Positions 1 through 13,165 of a stretch of DNA of 64,000 nucleotides are shown one piece after another. The position numbers and the translations under genes are program-made. How positions within the stretch are numbered: position 1 is the stretch's first letter; each line of letters starts with the position of its first letter. The stretch spans positions 11,098,001-11,162,000 of the forward strand of contig NC_083437.1 of assembly GCF_020745735.1 (NCBI RefSeq), read 5' to 3'. The notes beneath the pieces were generated by a model. It did not search any database, was not told the origin of the DNA, and saw nothing but the letters and a program-made list of their open reading frames with translations. The DNA comes from Hemiscyllium ocellatum. Its lineage: Eukaryota.

Positions 1-89
1 GGGAGGGCATGTCAATAGTACTGATGCTATATTTGAGTTCTGCTAGGGCCACACAGCTCCTGACCTGAGCTCATTTTTGGTCCAAACAT

Positions 90-245
90 GGATGAATGAG
101 CTGAGAGTCAGAGGTGAGGTGGGAATGAATGCCCTTGATATCAAAGTTGCATTAAACCAAGCATGACAACAAGGAATCTGAGCAAAATTGGAGTCAAGGA
201 GAATCAAGGGAAAATTCTCTACTGGTTGGGAACATATCTGGCACT
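90..245 (+). mobile_element. Decayed L2/CR1-like LINE RT fragment
   Basis: Reads ...ELRVRGEVGMNALDIKVA..., matching the same family at 30.8-31.2 kb (ELNSRGEGRVTAIGIKAAFD). Confidence 0.6.
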
Positions 246-360
246 ATCCTACTGTTCTCTCAGCTTGGAATCTGTAAATATTTCTGCTATTTATTTTCAA
301 TCTGCAAGTAACCCACAGTAGATAGTCAAATTAGTAGCTATAATCAACCAATGAACTTAC

Positions 361-446
361 GGTTTTTCTGTGATGTCGCTCTTCCTTTTGTGCTGTCCTC
401 TCTGATCCTGGGATTCAGTTGATCCTGTTGAAAAGAAACCTGACAA
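361..446 (-). other. Candidate exon (unidentified transcript)
   Basis: Minus strand: pyrimidine tract ttccttgctttcttggtctgtag acceptor and CC|GTAAGT donor; open frame CQVSFQQDQLNPRIREDSTKGRATSQKN; a second donor CAA|GTGAGT at ~537 is phase compatible. Confidence 0.3.
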
Positions 447-879
447 TCTACAGACCAAGAAAGCAAGGAAACAGCACCTCTATCCCTCTGCACTGACTTC
501 CAATACTGCCTCCGCAGTCCCTGAAGTATATACTCACTTGGGCTGTGTCTTACTCCTGATGTGATATTCTCATTCTTGGCCATGTGAAGTTTGACTGATT
601 GTGTGCTTTCAACAATCCTCTCTGGTATAGGGCCTATCCAAAAGTTATTCCTTAACAGCACAGATGAACCTTGTTGCTTGGTTCTCCATCACTTCTTAGA
701 ACCTTGATATCAAAGTAACTGGACCGATACTTCATGTACAAACCACCTCAAGGGGAAAACAGCACAATGGATACCCTTGGAATGAGCTGATGTTGCTGGC
801 CATCTGACAGCCAGTTCTGCTTCTAGTCCATACCAAACATGGTCAGGTGGCAAGTAAAGAAAGACTGGTACCTACGTGG

Positions 880-1100
880 TACCTTTCGTGATTTCATGGT
901 ATCCCAAATCACATTGTGGTCAATGAAGTACTTTTGAAGTTTTAACATTGCAAAGTCCTAGACATAGCAACATGACAGTGACTAGATCATATGGTTATAC
1001 GAATGTTGGTTTAGGAATAGTATTAGCCAGGACACTGGAAGATCTCCCCTACTTAGTGAAATCATCTCCTTGAAGTTTTTACACCCTCTAGAGAGAGCAG
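880..1100 (-). mobile_element. Deu-domain SINE (SacSINE1/AmnSINE-like), decayed
   Basis: caatgaagtacttttgaagt and tattagccaggacactgga motifs shared with copies at 29.1, 51.7 and 63.3 kb. Confidence 0.6.
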
Positions 1101-1145
1101 AAGGAGCATTGGTGTGATGTACCACCCAAAGCACCTATCAATGAT

Positions 1146-1239
1146 GGGGGGGGGGGAGCGGGGGAGGGGGGGGAGGGCGGGGGGAGGGCGGGGGGAGGGG
1201 GGGAGGGGGGGAGGAGGGGGGGAAGAGCGGAGGGGGGGG
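1146..1239 (+). repeat. G-rich low-complexity tract (G-quadruplex-capable)
   Basis: ~94 bp of G runs separated by short A/C-containing spacers. Confidence 0.9.
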
Positions 1240-1309
1240 CACTCACTCTTTTTCTTCTGTCTTCAGTGCCCTTTGAATAAAACAAAGCCTCAGAGGGAAG
1301 TCATCTAGG

Positions 1310-1521
1310 AGAAAGAGAGGACTGCAGATGCTGGAGATCAGAGCTGAAAATGTGTTGCTGGAAAAGCGCGACAAGTCAGGCAGCATCCAAGGAACAGGAA
1401 ATTCGACGTTTCGGGTATGAGCCTCTTCAGTTCCCGAAGAAGGGCTCATGCCCGAAACGTCGATTCTCTTGCTCCTTGGATGCTGCCTGACCTGCTGCAC
1501 TTTTCCAGCAACACATTTTCA
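1310..1521. mobile_element. Penelope-like terminal fold-back (hairpin) element, family A
   Basis: Inverted arms identical in type to the 3' end of the 44.8-47.2 kb PLE; cctcagagggaagt repeated at 1288-1301 and 1522-1535. Confidence 0.85.
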
Positions 1522-2599
1522 CCTCAGAGGGAAGTGTACAGTCACTGAGCAATGAAAGAATGACTCATGCTTTGTGTGTGTTATCCATGATGTATCTATT
1601 GCTGCTTCACAGATTCCTTTGAATAGATCGCAGTTCCTTGCCTTTTCTTCATCCAACTGGGTCCAAGGTGTCTCACAGTAGAGAGGCTTTAATTAACCAG
1701 GGCTGAGTGTTAGATCATAGTTAGATCATACTCCCAACTTCTCAAGTGAGGCTGCCTGAATAAAGTGCCCAGAAAACATTCATCCAGGATGAGATGAAAG
1801 AAAGTCTTTGCGACTCTCTGAGCAGCATCATTTACCTCAGTGGGGACATCGATCATGGTTTGCTTGGAAACTCAGTGCGATAAAGAGAATTCTATACACT
1901 GGATAGCTCGGTGTTGCCGTAGTGTAGAATGAGATACGCACCTGAGGCCAGTCAGGTCATTGTATCAGTCCTGGCTCTTTAGATGAGCTGTGCATTTGAT
2001 TGCACTGCTGCTCCTTTGATCATCTCTATCATGTTCCCTTTTGAAAGTTACTCTTGAAGATGTTCGCACTGCACTTTCAAGCAGTGTATTCCAGGACACA
2101 TGAACTCGCTGCACTAAACAATTTATTTCAATACCTGCTTTAAGGTTTGCCAAATAATAAATTGAGATATAGTATTTTGGAGCATGCACTTCAAGCTCGT
2201 TGTGTATTTCAGTAATAAACACCGCAGAAGAAATGATTTGCATTTCAATGGCATCCTTCTCAGTAACTTGTCACTGCAAAGTACTTCTTATAGTTCACAA
2301 AATACTTCAGGTTTACAGCCATTACTAAATTGTGCAAAACGTCATGGCCATAATGAACAGAAGTGAGCACCCACAAACAGCAATGAAATAAGCGATGGTT
2401 TCTGGACTTCAGTTGAGGGAAAAATGTCAAAGGACTAGTGAGTTTACAACACTATCACAGAATGTGTATCTGAGCTGTCACTTTGAAAAGTGTTATAAAG
2501 GAGAATAAAAAAGCATCTATCAGGAATTTGTCATGACATTCTGGACATCATAACACTTGGCTGCCAGTGACTCACTTATCTACAGCAGATACCTCAAGG

Positions 2600-4085
2600 T
2601 CCAGCAGCAGTCCTACCAACGCTGCCTGCACAAGGTCCGGTGAATCGGCTGAGAAGACAGAAGAACAACAATGTCCTTCACCAGGCCAACATCCCCAACA
2701 TCGAGACACTGATCCCTACTTGATTGGATGCATTAAGCTGGGCATGTTGCTTGTACTAAAATAGGTGGTATCATGAACAGTGAGGAAGGTTGTCAGAAAT
2801 TGCAAAAGCACCTTGATCAGCTGGAGAAGTGGGCTGAGAAATGGCAAGTGGAGTTTAATATGGGTAAGTCTGAGATCTTGCATTTTGGAAAATCAAATCA
2901 AGGTTGGAGTTTCATGGTGAATGATAGGGCCTTAAGAAGTGTAGTGGAACAGAGGGATCTTGGAATTCAGGATCACGGTTCCCTGAAAGTCGAGTCCCAG
3001 GTAGACAGGGCAGTGATGAAGGCTTTTGGCACACTGGCCTTCATCAGTCAGGGCATTGAGTATAGAAGATGGGAAGTTATGTTGCGGTTGTACAAGACGT
3101 TGGTAAGGTCACACTTGGAGTATTGCGTTCAGTTTTGTTCACCTTACTCTAAGGAAGGATGTTATTAAACTGGAAAGGAACTGCAGAAGAAATTTACAAG
3201 GATGCTACCAGGATTCAATGGTCTGAGTTATAGGGAGAGGTTGGATGAGCTAGGACTTTTTTCTTTAGAGTGTAGGAGACTGAGGGTGATCTCATAGAAG
3301 TGTATAAGACCATGAGAGGCATGGATAGGGTGAATGCACTCAGTCTCTCTCCCAGGGTTACAGAATTGAGGACTAGAGGGCATCAGTTTAAGGTTAGGGG
3401 GAAAGAATAAAAGGGAACCTGATGGGCAACATTTTTGCACAGAGGGTGGTGCACATATGGAATGAGCTGCCAGTGGATATGGTGGGTATATTGACAACTT
3501 TTAAAACGCATTTGGACAAATACGTGGTTCGGAAAGGTTTCAAAGGATTTGGGCCAAGTGCAGGGAAAAGAAGTTAGCATGGATAGACATAATGGTGGGC
3601 ATGGACCAGTTTGGTCCAAAGAGCCTGTCTCTGTGCTGGCAGACTCTATGACTCTATGAGTCTATGACTCTATGCTCGACACGAGACCCGCCCCAAGCAG
3701 ATGCGCTACTCCCCAGCTCCAAAACAACAGGCGAGCCCCAGGTGGACAGAAGAAGTGCCTCAGGGACACCCTTAAGGACTCACTGGGTGAAGTGCAGTAT
3801 TCCCACAGACACCTGGGAGTCACTAGCCCAAGGTGGAGGAGGAGCATCTGGGAAGGCTTCAAACACTTTGTGTCTTGCCATTGGGATAAAGAGGAAGTCA
3901 GATGAAAGGAACGAAAGGTGCTTGGTGTCACACCAACACCAGGCCCAGCCCCCTCCCGTAAACGCCTTCCGTCCCAAATGGAACAGAGCCTGGTGTAGCT
4001 GCATCAGTCTGTACAGCAACCTACAGACTCACCCTGAGAGTGCAAGAGAGTTTTCATCATCTGCAAGGGTCCACCAATGATGGTA
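2600..4085 (+). mobile_element. RTE/BovB-like LINE 3' fragment, interrupted by a CR1
   Basis: GGQKKCLRDTLKDSL and CSIPTDTWESLAQ..RWRRSIWEG are RTE C-terminal motifs; pieces at ~2600-2752 and ~3672-4085. Confidence 0.75.
2753..3672 (+). mobile_element. CR1 (HER1-like) LINE 3' fragment
   Basis: LQKHLDQLEKWAEKWQVEFN..LYKTLVRSHLEYCVQF; (ctctatga)n tail. Confidence 0.95.
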
Positions 4086-4811
4086 ATCACTGTGGAAATC
4101 CATAAGTCAAAAGAATCAAATTTACAAAAATGCCCCAACAAGAAAACCAACAGGCAAGAGTATACTTTGTCTAACTTTCACTTTAATAAAAATAATCAAA
4201 TCAAATTTATTTTAAATTAACTGAAAATTTGCAGTCAATATGAATTATAAATAATGTTAATAGTAATAGATTAGAGCTAGATCCCACAGGTTTACCAGGC
4301 AGTCTCCCAGTGCCTAATGGTGCCAATTTCACGAAACCCATCAAGACAGAAATCATCTTCAGGAACAATTCCAACTGGTTTTCTTCACAGCTTTAGCCAT
4401 TTATTCTCAATCAACTGTTGTGCTCATTCAACCTGACTTCAATAAGTTTGACCTTTACGAAAAGGGAATGTTTTTCCCACTACATTTACCAACACCTCCA
4501 TGTCTCAGGTAACCTTAAGCTCGTAGATTACAGTGGAGCTTTCATCTTGGTGGTATGTCATGCTTCAAGTGATCTCAGGGATAGGATGGAGGATCCTTAG
4601 ATCATACACTGTTTTACAAATATGGCATTGATATTAATTATAGTTGGTCAGAAATGGTCATTCTCATGTCTGTGAACTTGTTTTTCAGTGAAACAGGCCA
4701 TTGCTCTGTCAATATCTGCGTGTCAATAAAGCCACAACTCTCCTTCAGGACAATAATTAGGTCAGGGTGAGGTTACCACACTCACTTCAGAGAACTGGCC
4801 AGTCAATAAAA

Positions 4812-4898
4812 TGTTTTGAGGAAGGGTCACTGGACCCGAAATGTAAACTCTGATTTATCTTCACAGAAGCTGTCAGAGCTTCTCAGCTTTTTGAGCCA
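4812..4898 (+). mobile_element. Penelope-like terminus, family C
   Basis: tgaggaagggtcactggacccgaaa..aactctgattt..cacag, homologous to 63848-64000. Confidence 0.65.
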
Positions 4899-5429
4899 AT
4901 GCCAGCCGGATGCCAGTCTCAGCAGTGCCACCAAGAATGGTGGCCACGACTGGGACTGCATCCAGTCTCCCAAGGTGTTTGATGCTGGAGCCAGGTGGAC
5001 TTCTTGGTGGGGCCAAGCAAGGGCCCTGCAGTGAGGGGATTTAGGAAGGCAAGAACTGAGCTGTGTGGACCAGAGGGAGAGGTAAATCCAAGTAGGGAGC
5101 AAACAGAGGGAGAGCTTCTGATGGGCATGTAAAGGAGAGGTACTCCCTGCCACTTTTCAGCCAAACGCTTGAGGAGTGAGACCTAGCAGGTTCAAACATT
5201 TCTCTGGCCTTCTTCCCCATTGTAGCAGTGGCTGCATGAGGTCACAAAATCTTAATCTGTTCCTTAAGGCCATCAGCTGCAAGAGCAGGTGACTGTTGGC
5301 ACCACTGCCACCCATACCAGGCTAACTGTTGGGGTTGGGATGGGTGGGTAGGCAGTAGGAGGGGCACCCATGGCATTTCCCAATTTATTCCATACCCAAC
5401 TACCAAGCACACCTGGGGGCATTTCAAAT

Positions 5430-5660
5430 TCACAGATACATAGACCTACATAAATATAAGCATTTCCAAACACCTCTATACAGACACCCATTTTTATTAA
5501 CATTCATATGCATATCTATACACATATAAACATATACCCAGGCCTGTATACAAGTACTCAAATATACACACTCACATACTGTACATATAGATACATAAAG
5601 AGACATACATAGACACATATAAACATGTACACTCGCACTCACTCCTGCTCCCACACACAA
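5430..5660. repeat. Degenerate (CA/TA)n microsatellite
   Basis: Runs of acatatacacac-type units. Confidence 0.8.
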
Positions 5661-6654
5661 TTGCTTGAATTAACTTTAAAATTAGAATGAAAATTGATTA
5701 CTAACTTCTATTACTCTTTTTGTAGAGTTATCCAATTTATTTCCTCACTTACTATTCTGTCGCCTGTCTATGTTCCATTCCTTATCTGTTTTTAGGTGTT
5801 ACCTCAGCTGCGTTTTATTCAAATCTCTTCAATGCAAGGATCTTTCTGGCACTTTCTTTCTTGATCTCCTCTTGCACTGGAACTGTCTGTCCTTTCACCA
5901 TGTCCCTCTTCCTGTGGCTCTTTCCAACCTTCAGCTGCAGACATTTTATTTTCTTCAGTGTCGCAGTTAATACAGGGGTCAGGGTTTGTATCAGTTTCCT
6001 TTTACTCAGAGTAACTCTTTTACATTTCTGTTCTGCTTCACGTCCTTCTGTCTATCCTCTTGGGCACAGTGTTCGAGTTTCTGTTCTATTCTTATTCAAA
6101 GTTCACTCAGAATTCCAACCTTTCTGTTTTTTTTCACTTACCTCCAGAGGTTTTGCTGCCTTCTTTCATCTTTCTCCAGCGCACCCTTTACCTTGGAGCT
6201 TGTTACAAATCTGATGGAATGCTTCCTTTACGTTCAGGTAACCTTTCCAATCTGATTGAGTTCTTCTGCCTCAAGGTTGGAAGAACAAGCTTCATTCATG
6301 TAGCACCTCCTGGGGCCTTAGACACTCCCTGCTACACCCAAAAAGGCTCCCTGCAAGCTCTGACAAATGACAATGATATATAATTTGAGCTACAGAGGCT
6401 TTGTCTTACAGAAGGAGGTCATTTGACCCATCAGCTCCATGCTGGCTTGTGGTGAATACTGCAGTCAATCACATTCCCCCCTCTCTCCTCATAGCCCTGA
6501 AAATTCTGTTCTCTCCCATGCCCATCCACCTTTCTTTATGAAATAATTCATCAGGTGGGATCATACAGTCATACAGTCATACAGCAAGGAAACAATCCAG
6601 TCCATGCCAAACATAACCTCAACTGAACTAGCCCCACCTGTCTGCTCCTGGCCC

Positions 6655-6992
6655 ATTTTATTCATTCACAGGATGAGGCCATCACTGACTAGGCCAGCAT
6701 TTATTGTCCATAGCTCAGTTAAGAGTCAGCCATATTGTTGTAGGTCTGGAGTCACATACAGACCAGAGGAGGTAAGGATGGCAGTTTCCTTCCCTCAGGG
6801 ACATTAGTGAATGAGATTGGTTCCCCCGCCCCCAACAATCAACAATGGATTAATTAGGCTCCTAAAAGCAGATTTTTATTGAATTCAAATTCTATCATCT
6901 GCCATGGCAGAATTTGAACCCAGGTGCCTAGAACATTACTGGGTCTCTCAATGAATAGTCCAGTGATAATAGCACTAGGCCATCACCTCCTT
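6655..6992 (-). mobile_element. tRNA-derived SINE family B (tail shared with the L2/CR1-like LINE)
   Basis: Reverse complement of copies at 12815-13165 and 28150-28485 (ggtctggagtcaca, gaattcaaattc, ggccagcatttattg). Confidence 0.8.
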
Positions 6993-7199
6993 TCAAAACT
7001 TTCCTCTTCATGTACTTTTCCAGGTGCCTATTAACACTGTAACTGTGCCCACATCCATCACTTTCTCTCCTGCATCAGTGAGTTAGGCCTTGGAGAAAGC
7101 ATTTGCTTGTGCAGTGTGCCCAATCCCAGCTGCCTTCCAACCTCTGATGGAGTTTAGTACCAGGCCCACGTCGATCTTACTGCCCTTGAGATCTTGAAG

Positions 7200-7472
7200 T
7201 TTAGATTAGATTCCCTACAGTGTGGAAACAGGCCCTTTGGCCCAACAAGTCCACACCAACCCTCCGAAGAGCAACCCACCCAGACCCGTTCCCCTACATT
7301 TACCCCTGACTAATGTTCCTAACATTATAGGCAATTTAGCATGGCCAATTCACCTAAGCTGCACATCTTTGGACTGTGGGAGGAAACCGGAGCACCCGGA
7401 GGAAACCCACGCAGACACAGGGAGAATGTGCAAACTCCACACAGACAGTTTCCCGAGGTGGGAATTGAACCC
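7200..7472 (-). mobile_element. HE1 SINE (V-SINE)
   Basis: ggaggaaaccggagcacccggaggaaacccacgcagacac V-domain; (aatct)n tail. Confidence 0.95.
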
Positions 7473-8374
7473 AGGCCAATTGGTGACCACTTCAGGGTCT
7501 CATCCCACCAGCTGTGGGCAGGGCTGTTACCATGCCATGTGCTTGGCAGCTGAAATGGGCAGGCAGGCATCTTGATGATGGAGTCAGCCTCCCTCTATCA
7601 AAGGTATTCAGGGACGGATCAAAGAACTGGACTTCAAGAAATGGAGGAGGTATGGAACCTACCAAGAACCACCCCATTTCCACTTGCTGCCAAATCACCT
7701 GCTCACCTTTCCCTGCCACCTCAGTCTGTTAAGCCCCACACATATCACTCACTTATTTCTGGGACAATCTATGTTCCTGGCACACCGGTGCCTGACCTTC
7801 TGGCAGCAGACACGGTCTGCTGCTAGAGCCTTTGGGCACTAGGGCAGAGTCCAGTGGCCCTCAGCGGGTGAGATTTCTGCCACCCCTGGGTCCTGATTCC
7901 AGGCAAAAGTTTGCTGGTGGCTTCACCACTGCCTGATTGTTGTTTGGAGGAACCTGCTGAGAAGAGTGACTGGCCAGGGTCTCCGGCCATCAGAGAAGAC
8001 CACCAATGCCTCAACAAGCTTCAGCCCATCATCACTGTTTCTCCATGACAGCAGAATGATAAATATTTGGCAGCACCCGCACCATGCCCATTCTAATCCA
8101 CCAATGGGAGTCACTCCCTGCCCTCAATGCATTCCTGTCCTCCTCTGTCCTCTCACTGCCACTCTTCTCTGAGTTCTAATGAAAAAGAAAATCAGCAGGA
8201 AAATTTGAGAGGGAATGAGCTAAGAGAAGAGATGCCCAGACCATAATGGTCCAGGCGTGTCTAATGGGTTCCTTCCTTAAACATGGATGGTTCATGTAGC
8301 TCTCATATTGTGCCTACCAAATTCTCCCTGTGTACCTAACACCTTTAACTCATTCTGGACACTATCAATGGTGC

Positions 8375-8862
8375 TTCGGCTTCCTCCCATAGTCCAATGA
8401 TGTGCAGGTTAGGTTGATTGGCCATGCTTCTGGATTAGTGGTGCTGGAAGAGCACAGCCGTTCAGGCAGCATCCAAAGTGCAGCGAAATCGACGTTTCGG
8501 GCAAAAGCCCTTCATCAAGAATAAAGGCAGTGAGCCTGAAGGGTGGAGAGATGCTTCAGGCTCACTGCCTTTATTCCTGATGAAGGGATTTTGCCCGAAA
8601 CGTTGATTTCGCTGCACTTTGGATGCTGCCTGAACTGCTGTGCTCTTCCAGCACCACTAATCCAGAATCTGGTTTCCAGCATCTGCAGTCGTTGTTTTTA
8701 CCTGATTAGCCATGCTAACTTGTCCATAGTATCCAAGAATATACAGGCTAGGTAGATTAGCCATGGAAAATGCAAGGCTACAGGGTTAGGGTAGGGGTGA
8801 ATGGGATGGTCTTTGGAGAGTCAGTGTGGAGTTGTTTCCATAGTGCCTGTTGGGATTCTATG
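8375..8862 (+). mobile_element. HE1 SINE interrupted by a PLE hairpin
   Basis: gatgtgcaggttaggttgattggccatgct ... continues after 8703. Confidence 0.85.
8430..8702. mobile_element. Penelope-like fold-back element with hammerhead cores
   Basis: ~110 bp near-perfect inverted arms; TSD tgatt(g/a)gccatgct at 8415-8428 and 8703-8716. Confidence 0.9.
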
Positions 8863-8883
8863 GAAATGCTGCTCTGTATATAT

Positions 8884-9186
8884 AGATTAGATTCACTATA
8901 GTGTGGAAGTAAACCCTCGGCCCAACAAGTTCACACTGACCCTCCGAAGAGGAACCCATCCCCTCTGACTAATGTACCTAACACTGTGGACAATTTAGCA
9001 TTACCAAATGACCTGATCTGCACATCTTTGGAACATGGGAGGAAACCAGAGCACCCAGAGGAAACCTACACAGACACGGGGAGAATGTGCAAACCCCACA
9101 CAGACAGTCGCTTAAGGCTGGAATCGAACCTGGGACCCTGGCACTGTGAGGCAGCAGTGCTCACCACTGAGCCACCGTGCCACCCT
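8884..9186 (-). mobile_element. HE1 SINE
   Basis: Full tRNA head, V-domain and tail. Confidence 0.95.
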
Positions 9187-9289
9187 AAATGTTCTCATTC
9201 AATCTCCTGACACTAACCAAGATGGCAGCCTGCCTGGAGCTTATCCAAGGTGAGAGTTTTTAAGAAAGGTATCTTCTTTTATGGTATGT

Positions 9290-9610
9290 AAGACTCACTG
9301 TCAAAGCTAACATTTGTTGCCCTTACCTAATCACCTTAGAATGGAAAGGGTTCTTCGGCCATTTCAAAGGGCAATGGAAGTGTAAACCACATTGCTATGG
9401 GTCTGGGTCACAGGTAAAGATGGCTGATTTCTTTCCTCCAAGTTATGAATGAGCCAGAACAGTTTTTATGAAAATTGGTGATAGTTTTGTGATCTGAACA
9501 TGTTCCATATTTATAAAATGAATTTAAATTCACGGTCAGATTTAAACCCATACCCTTGTGGGTTAATCTGAACCTCTCGATTAGTCAAGTGACTTTATTA
9601 TTGCACTATG
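9290..9610 (-). mobile_element. SINE family B, decayed
   Basis: ccacattgctatgggtctgg..aaagatggc..atttctttcc. Confidence 0.6.
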
Positions 9611-10671
9611 GTCTTCTCTACGCAGTCAGACCCAAGGCAGGTACATAACACCTAAAATATGGGTGTGACACATCCCTATTTAGCCCCCGGTATCTTACTT
9701 TAGGATTCTTGTGCAAATGAATCAACACACTTAGGAAAGAGTAACTTTCTTATGGCAATGCTAAAGGATAATGAGGATAATTGGGATAGAAATGTGTTGC
9801 TGTGTGGATTTGGCTGAGTCATATGAAGAATATTGACTGGTATCTTTGCAAGCTACCAGTTACCTGCTGTTCCTTTGCATGCAACAGTGATTTATCGGAA
9901 TTTAACTTCGCTGCTACCATAGCAATTGGAGTTTGTTTCTGTATAAAGCTGTGAACTTTGATTGTAAATTCAGAACTCCTCAGGAAGATCTGAGGCAATA
10001 TTCCCAGAGAAAGTGTTCACATGTCAAAAGAAAGAATTAGACACAGTTCTGCTAATAATGTCCAAGCAATCTGCAAGTGCTTTACCACGGAGCTAGTGAG
10101 GGGCAAGAAATCTTCGCTCTATCAAGGAAAAGCAAAAGGTTACAGATGCAGATAGTCATGCCAGACAAATCCAGCAGGTCTACAAGGGCTGAATGGTCTT
10201 TTTCTGTGCTAGGACAATTCTGTGATTCTGAGAAATGAGGACTTGCATGTTAGACGATTCTTCTCTGCCTCCTGGTGATACCTGTACTGGAGAAAGAAGC
10301 TGTGAATCACCACTTTGACCTCGGAACCTCTTGATGCACAGATTGCATAGGCAGGCAGGAAACATTTGGAGGATTAAAAAGTCACTATTGAGGAATGGGT
10401 TGGGATACATGCTTGAAAGAGGAAACTGAGGAGGAGAATGCTTTGGCACGCTTGGCAAGAGACGTCCAAGACGGATGAAATGTGCTATTAATCCATGCAA
10501 ACAGTCTTAGCTGTGGAGTGATGAGTAATATGCTACAAGTAACTTCACCCTGGAAGGAATTAGTAAGGATTCAGCCAGATGCTCCCATCCTGATCACTGG
10601 CAAGTGGCAGTGTGGTCATTAGCCTGCAGTATCAGACACATTTATGAACTATCCCATGGAGGAATGGCCAG

Positions 10672-10869
10672 TCAGAAGCCATTGTTTGGGCTTTCATTCT
10701 GGAGAGTGGGCAGGTTGGTGAGAAGATTTCCATGCTCTGTCAGCTGTCCAGAAAGGAAATTTGGGATGCTGCTTCTAGTGAGGAATTCTGAGGCCTCCTC
10801 GTGTAGAATGATTGCATCAACAAGTGACTTCACCCTGTTGTTGGGACCTCCCAATTCCTGACTCCAGAG
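10672..10869 (-). other. Candidate terminal exon
   Basis: Strong acceptor ttctgtccttcctcctgcag followed by a 65-codon open frame LWSQELGGPNNRVKSLVDAIILHEEASEF...GF*; no recognisable homology. Confidence 0.25.
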
Positions 10870-11456
10870 CTGCAGGAGGAAGGACAGAAGTTAGGCTTAG
10901 AGTAATTAATGTGGCTGTGCCCATCATTCCCAATTATGTAAAAGGGACATCTCTTGGGTAATGGAGCTTGGCAGCGATGGATTTATTAAGGAAACTGAGA
11001 CACGACAGTGGAATAATTGTAATAGGGCACATAATGAAATAATCAGGAGCTGTCAACATCATTAATTTTCCTGTCTCATTTATTTTGTGGCTGTGAACGT
11101 GTATCACACTTTCATGCTTTGATGAAAGTTCACAGGAAATGTATGACAGTACACTTGACACCTGCTTTCAGTTTGGAAATTTGTTACGGGAATATTTTTC
11201 TTTCAAAGCAGCATTAAAACTAGGAGCAGATACTGTGTAAGCTACTTGACTCAACAAGCCTGCTCCCCCTTTCAATATAATTGTAGTTGACCTTCTATCT
11301 TAAAGCCATTTTCCAGACCCCTCTCCATCCCTTGATGCTTTGAGTGTCTAGAAATCTATCTTAAATGCATCTAGTGACTTTGCCTCCAAACTTCTAATGG
11401 TAGAAAACATGACAGGTTCACCACCCACTGAGTGAAACACTTTGTCCTCACTGTGT

Positions 11457-11783
11457 GGCACGTTGACTCAATGGTTAACACTGCTACCAGGGACCTGGGT
11501 TCAATTCCACCTTTGGGCATCCGTTTGCACGTTTGCCCTGTGTCTGTGTGGGTTTCCTCAGAGTGCTCTGCTTTTCTCCCAGAGTCCAAAGATGTGCAGG
11601 TTAGGTGTATTGGCCTTGCTAAAGATTGCCCATAGATGTTCAAGTATGTGCAGATTCGGTGAGTTAGCCATGAGAAATGCAGGGATAGGGTAGGGGGGTT
11701 GGTCTGAGTGGGATGCCCTTAAGAGGGTTGGTGTGAACCTGATGGGCTGAATAACCTGCTTCCACATGGTAGGGATTCTATGA
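11457..11783 (+). mobile_element. HE1 SINE
   Basis: tRNA-like head, V-domain and gggattctatgatt tail; adjacent to a minus-strand CR1 tail (~11220-11450). Confidence 0.9.
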
Positions 11784-12229
11784 TTATTAGCCCAAAATGA
11801 CTTCCCATGTATCTGGAGAGCATGACCCCTAGGTCGAGATCCTCCTGGACAGGAGTCAAGAAATAAATGGATAGGGGACACTCAGAAAATTCATTCTAAT
11901 TGATTTTCAGATTGTTCTACTCTTAAGTTTCTTCTTACTCTCTCTGTAACTATTTCGCAAGCTGAGTCCTGTCTTATCAGCACCTACATAGGTCATGTGT
12001 CAAGTGATCAGGAATGGGACCACAACATGAGGGACAGTTAAGGGAGACTATTGGGCCTATTTGCCTCATTCAACTCCAGGAGTCCTGTGGATTTTTTTTT
12101 AACGACTGTATTTAACTCCTTTTTCATTTGGTTACTTAATAAAGTATACTATTAAGGAACATGTACGTTATACAATGCATTTCAAGAAACATCACAAAGC
12201 ACTTTACAGACACTAACGAGTTAATCCTC

Positions 12230-12810
12230 ACCTTCGCTTTCCTAGCTTTTCCCCATAACCTTGATTCCTTCACTGATTAAAAATCATCTATCTGAACAGT
12301 GAATATACTTAAGGATCCATCTCTCTGCATCAAAAGATGCGTTGACCCACAGCCTGCTGAGAGAAGCAATTCTTCCTCATCTCAGTCCCTTATCCTGAGA
12401 TGATGTCTTCTGGTCCTACACTCTCCCACAAGGGGAAATAATCTGCTTGCATCTACCCAGTCAAGCCCCCTAAGAATCTCATATGTTTCAACAAGGAAGC
12501 TTCCCATTCTTCAGTATCCCAATGAGTGCAGGCCCAATCTACTCAACCTGTCCTCATAAGATAGTCCCTCTATATCAGCCTGCTTAATCATTTCCAGACT
12601 GCCTCCAATGCTAGTATATCTTCCCTCAGGTAAGGGACCTGAAATTGTTCACAGTATTTCGGGTATGGCCTCAGTAGTGCCTTGTATAGTTTTAGTAGGA
12701 CTTCTCTACTTTTATACTCTGGCCCTTTTGAAATAAAGGCCAACATTTTCATCTGTCTTCCCTATTATCTGCTGATCTTGGATGCTAGACGTTTGTGGTT
12801 CATTGATGAG
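12230..12810 (-). mobile_element. CR1 LINE 3' fragment, decayed
   Basis: Minus strand retains LEYCEQF/LRG.LIETYEILRGLD.VDA-like motifs. Confidence 0.75.
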
Positions 12811-12814
12811 GACA

Positions 12815-13165
12815 GAGATGAGGTGATGGTTTAGTGGTATTACGCTGGGCCGTCATCCTGCGACCCCAGGTAATGTTTTGGGGCCTGTATTCAAAACTCA
12901 CCATTGTAGATGTGGAATTTGAATTCAGTTATGAAAAAAGAGTATAATGGTGACCATGAATCCATTGACAAATGTTGGGAAAATCTATCTGGTTCACATT
13001 ACATCATTTAGGGAAGAAATCTGCCATCCTTACCTGGTCTGGCCTATATGTGACTCCAGACCCACAGCAATGTGGTTGACTCTCAACTACCCTTGGGGCA
13101 ATTAGGGATGGATAATATATGCTGCCTAGAGAATGACACCTCATTTTGTGAATTAATAGAGGAAA
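12815..13165 (+). mobile_element. SINE family B
   Basis: tagtggtatta head; ctgccatccttacctggtctggcctatatgtgactccagaccc core. Confidence 0.85.

Noticed and set aside
1088-1308. Poly-Pro and poly-Gly ORFs
   Set aside because: Translation of the G tract
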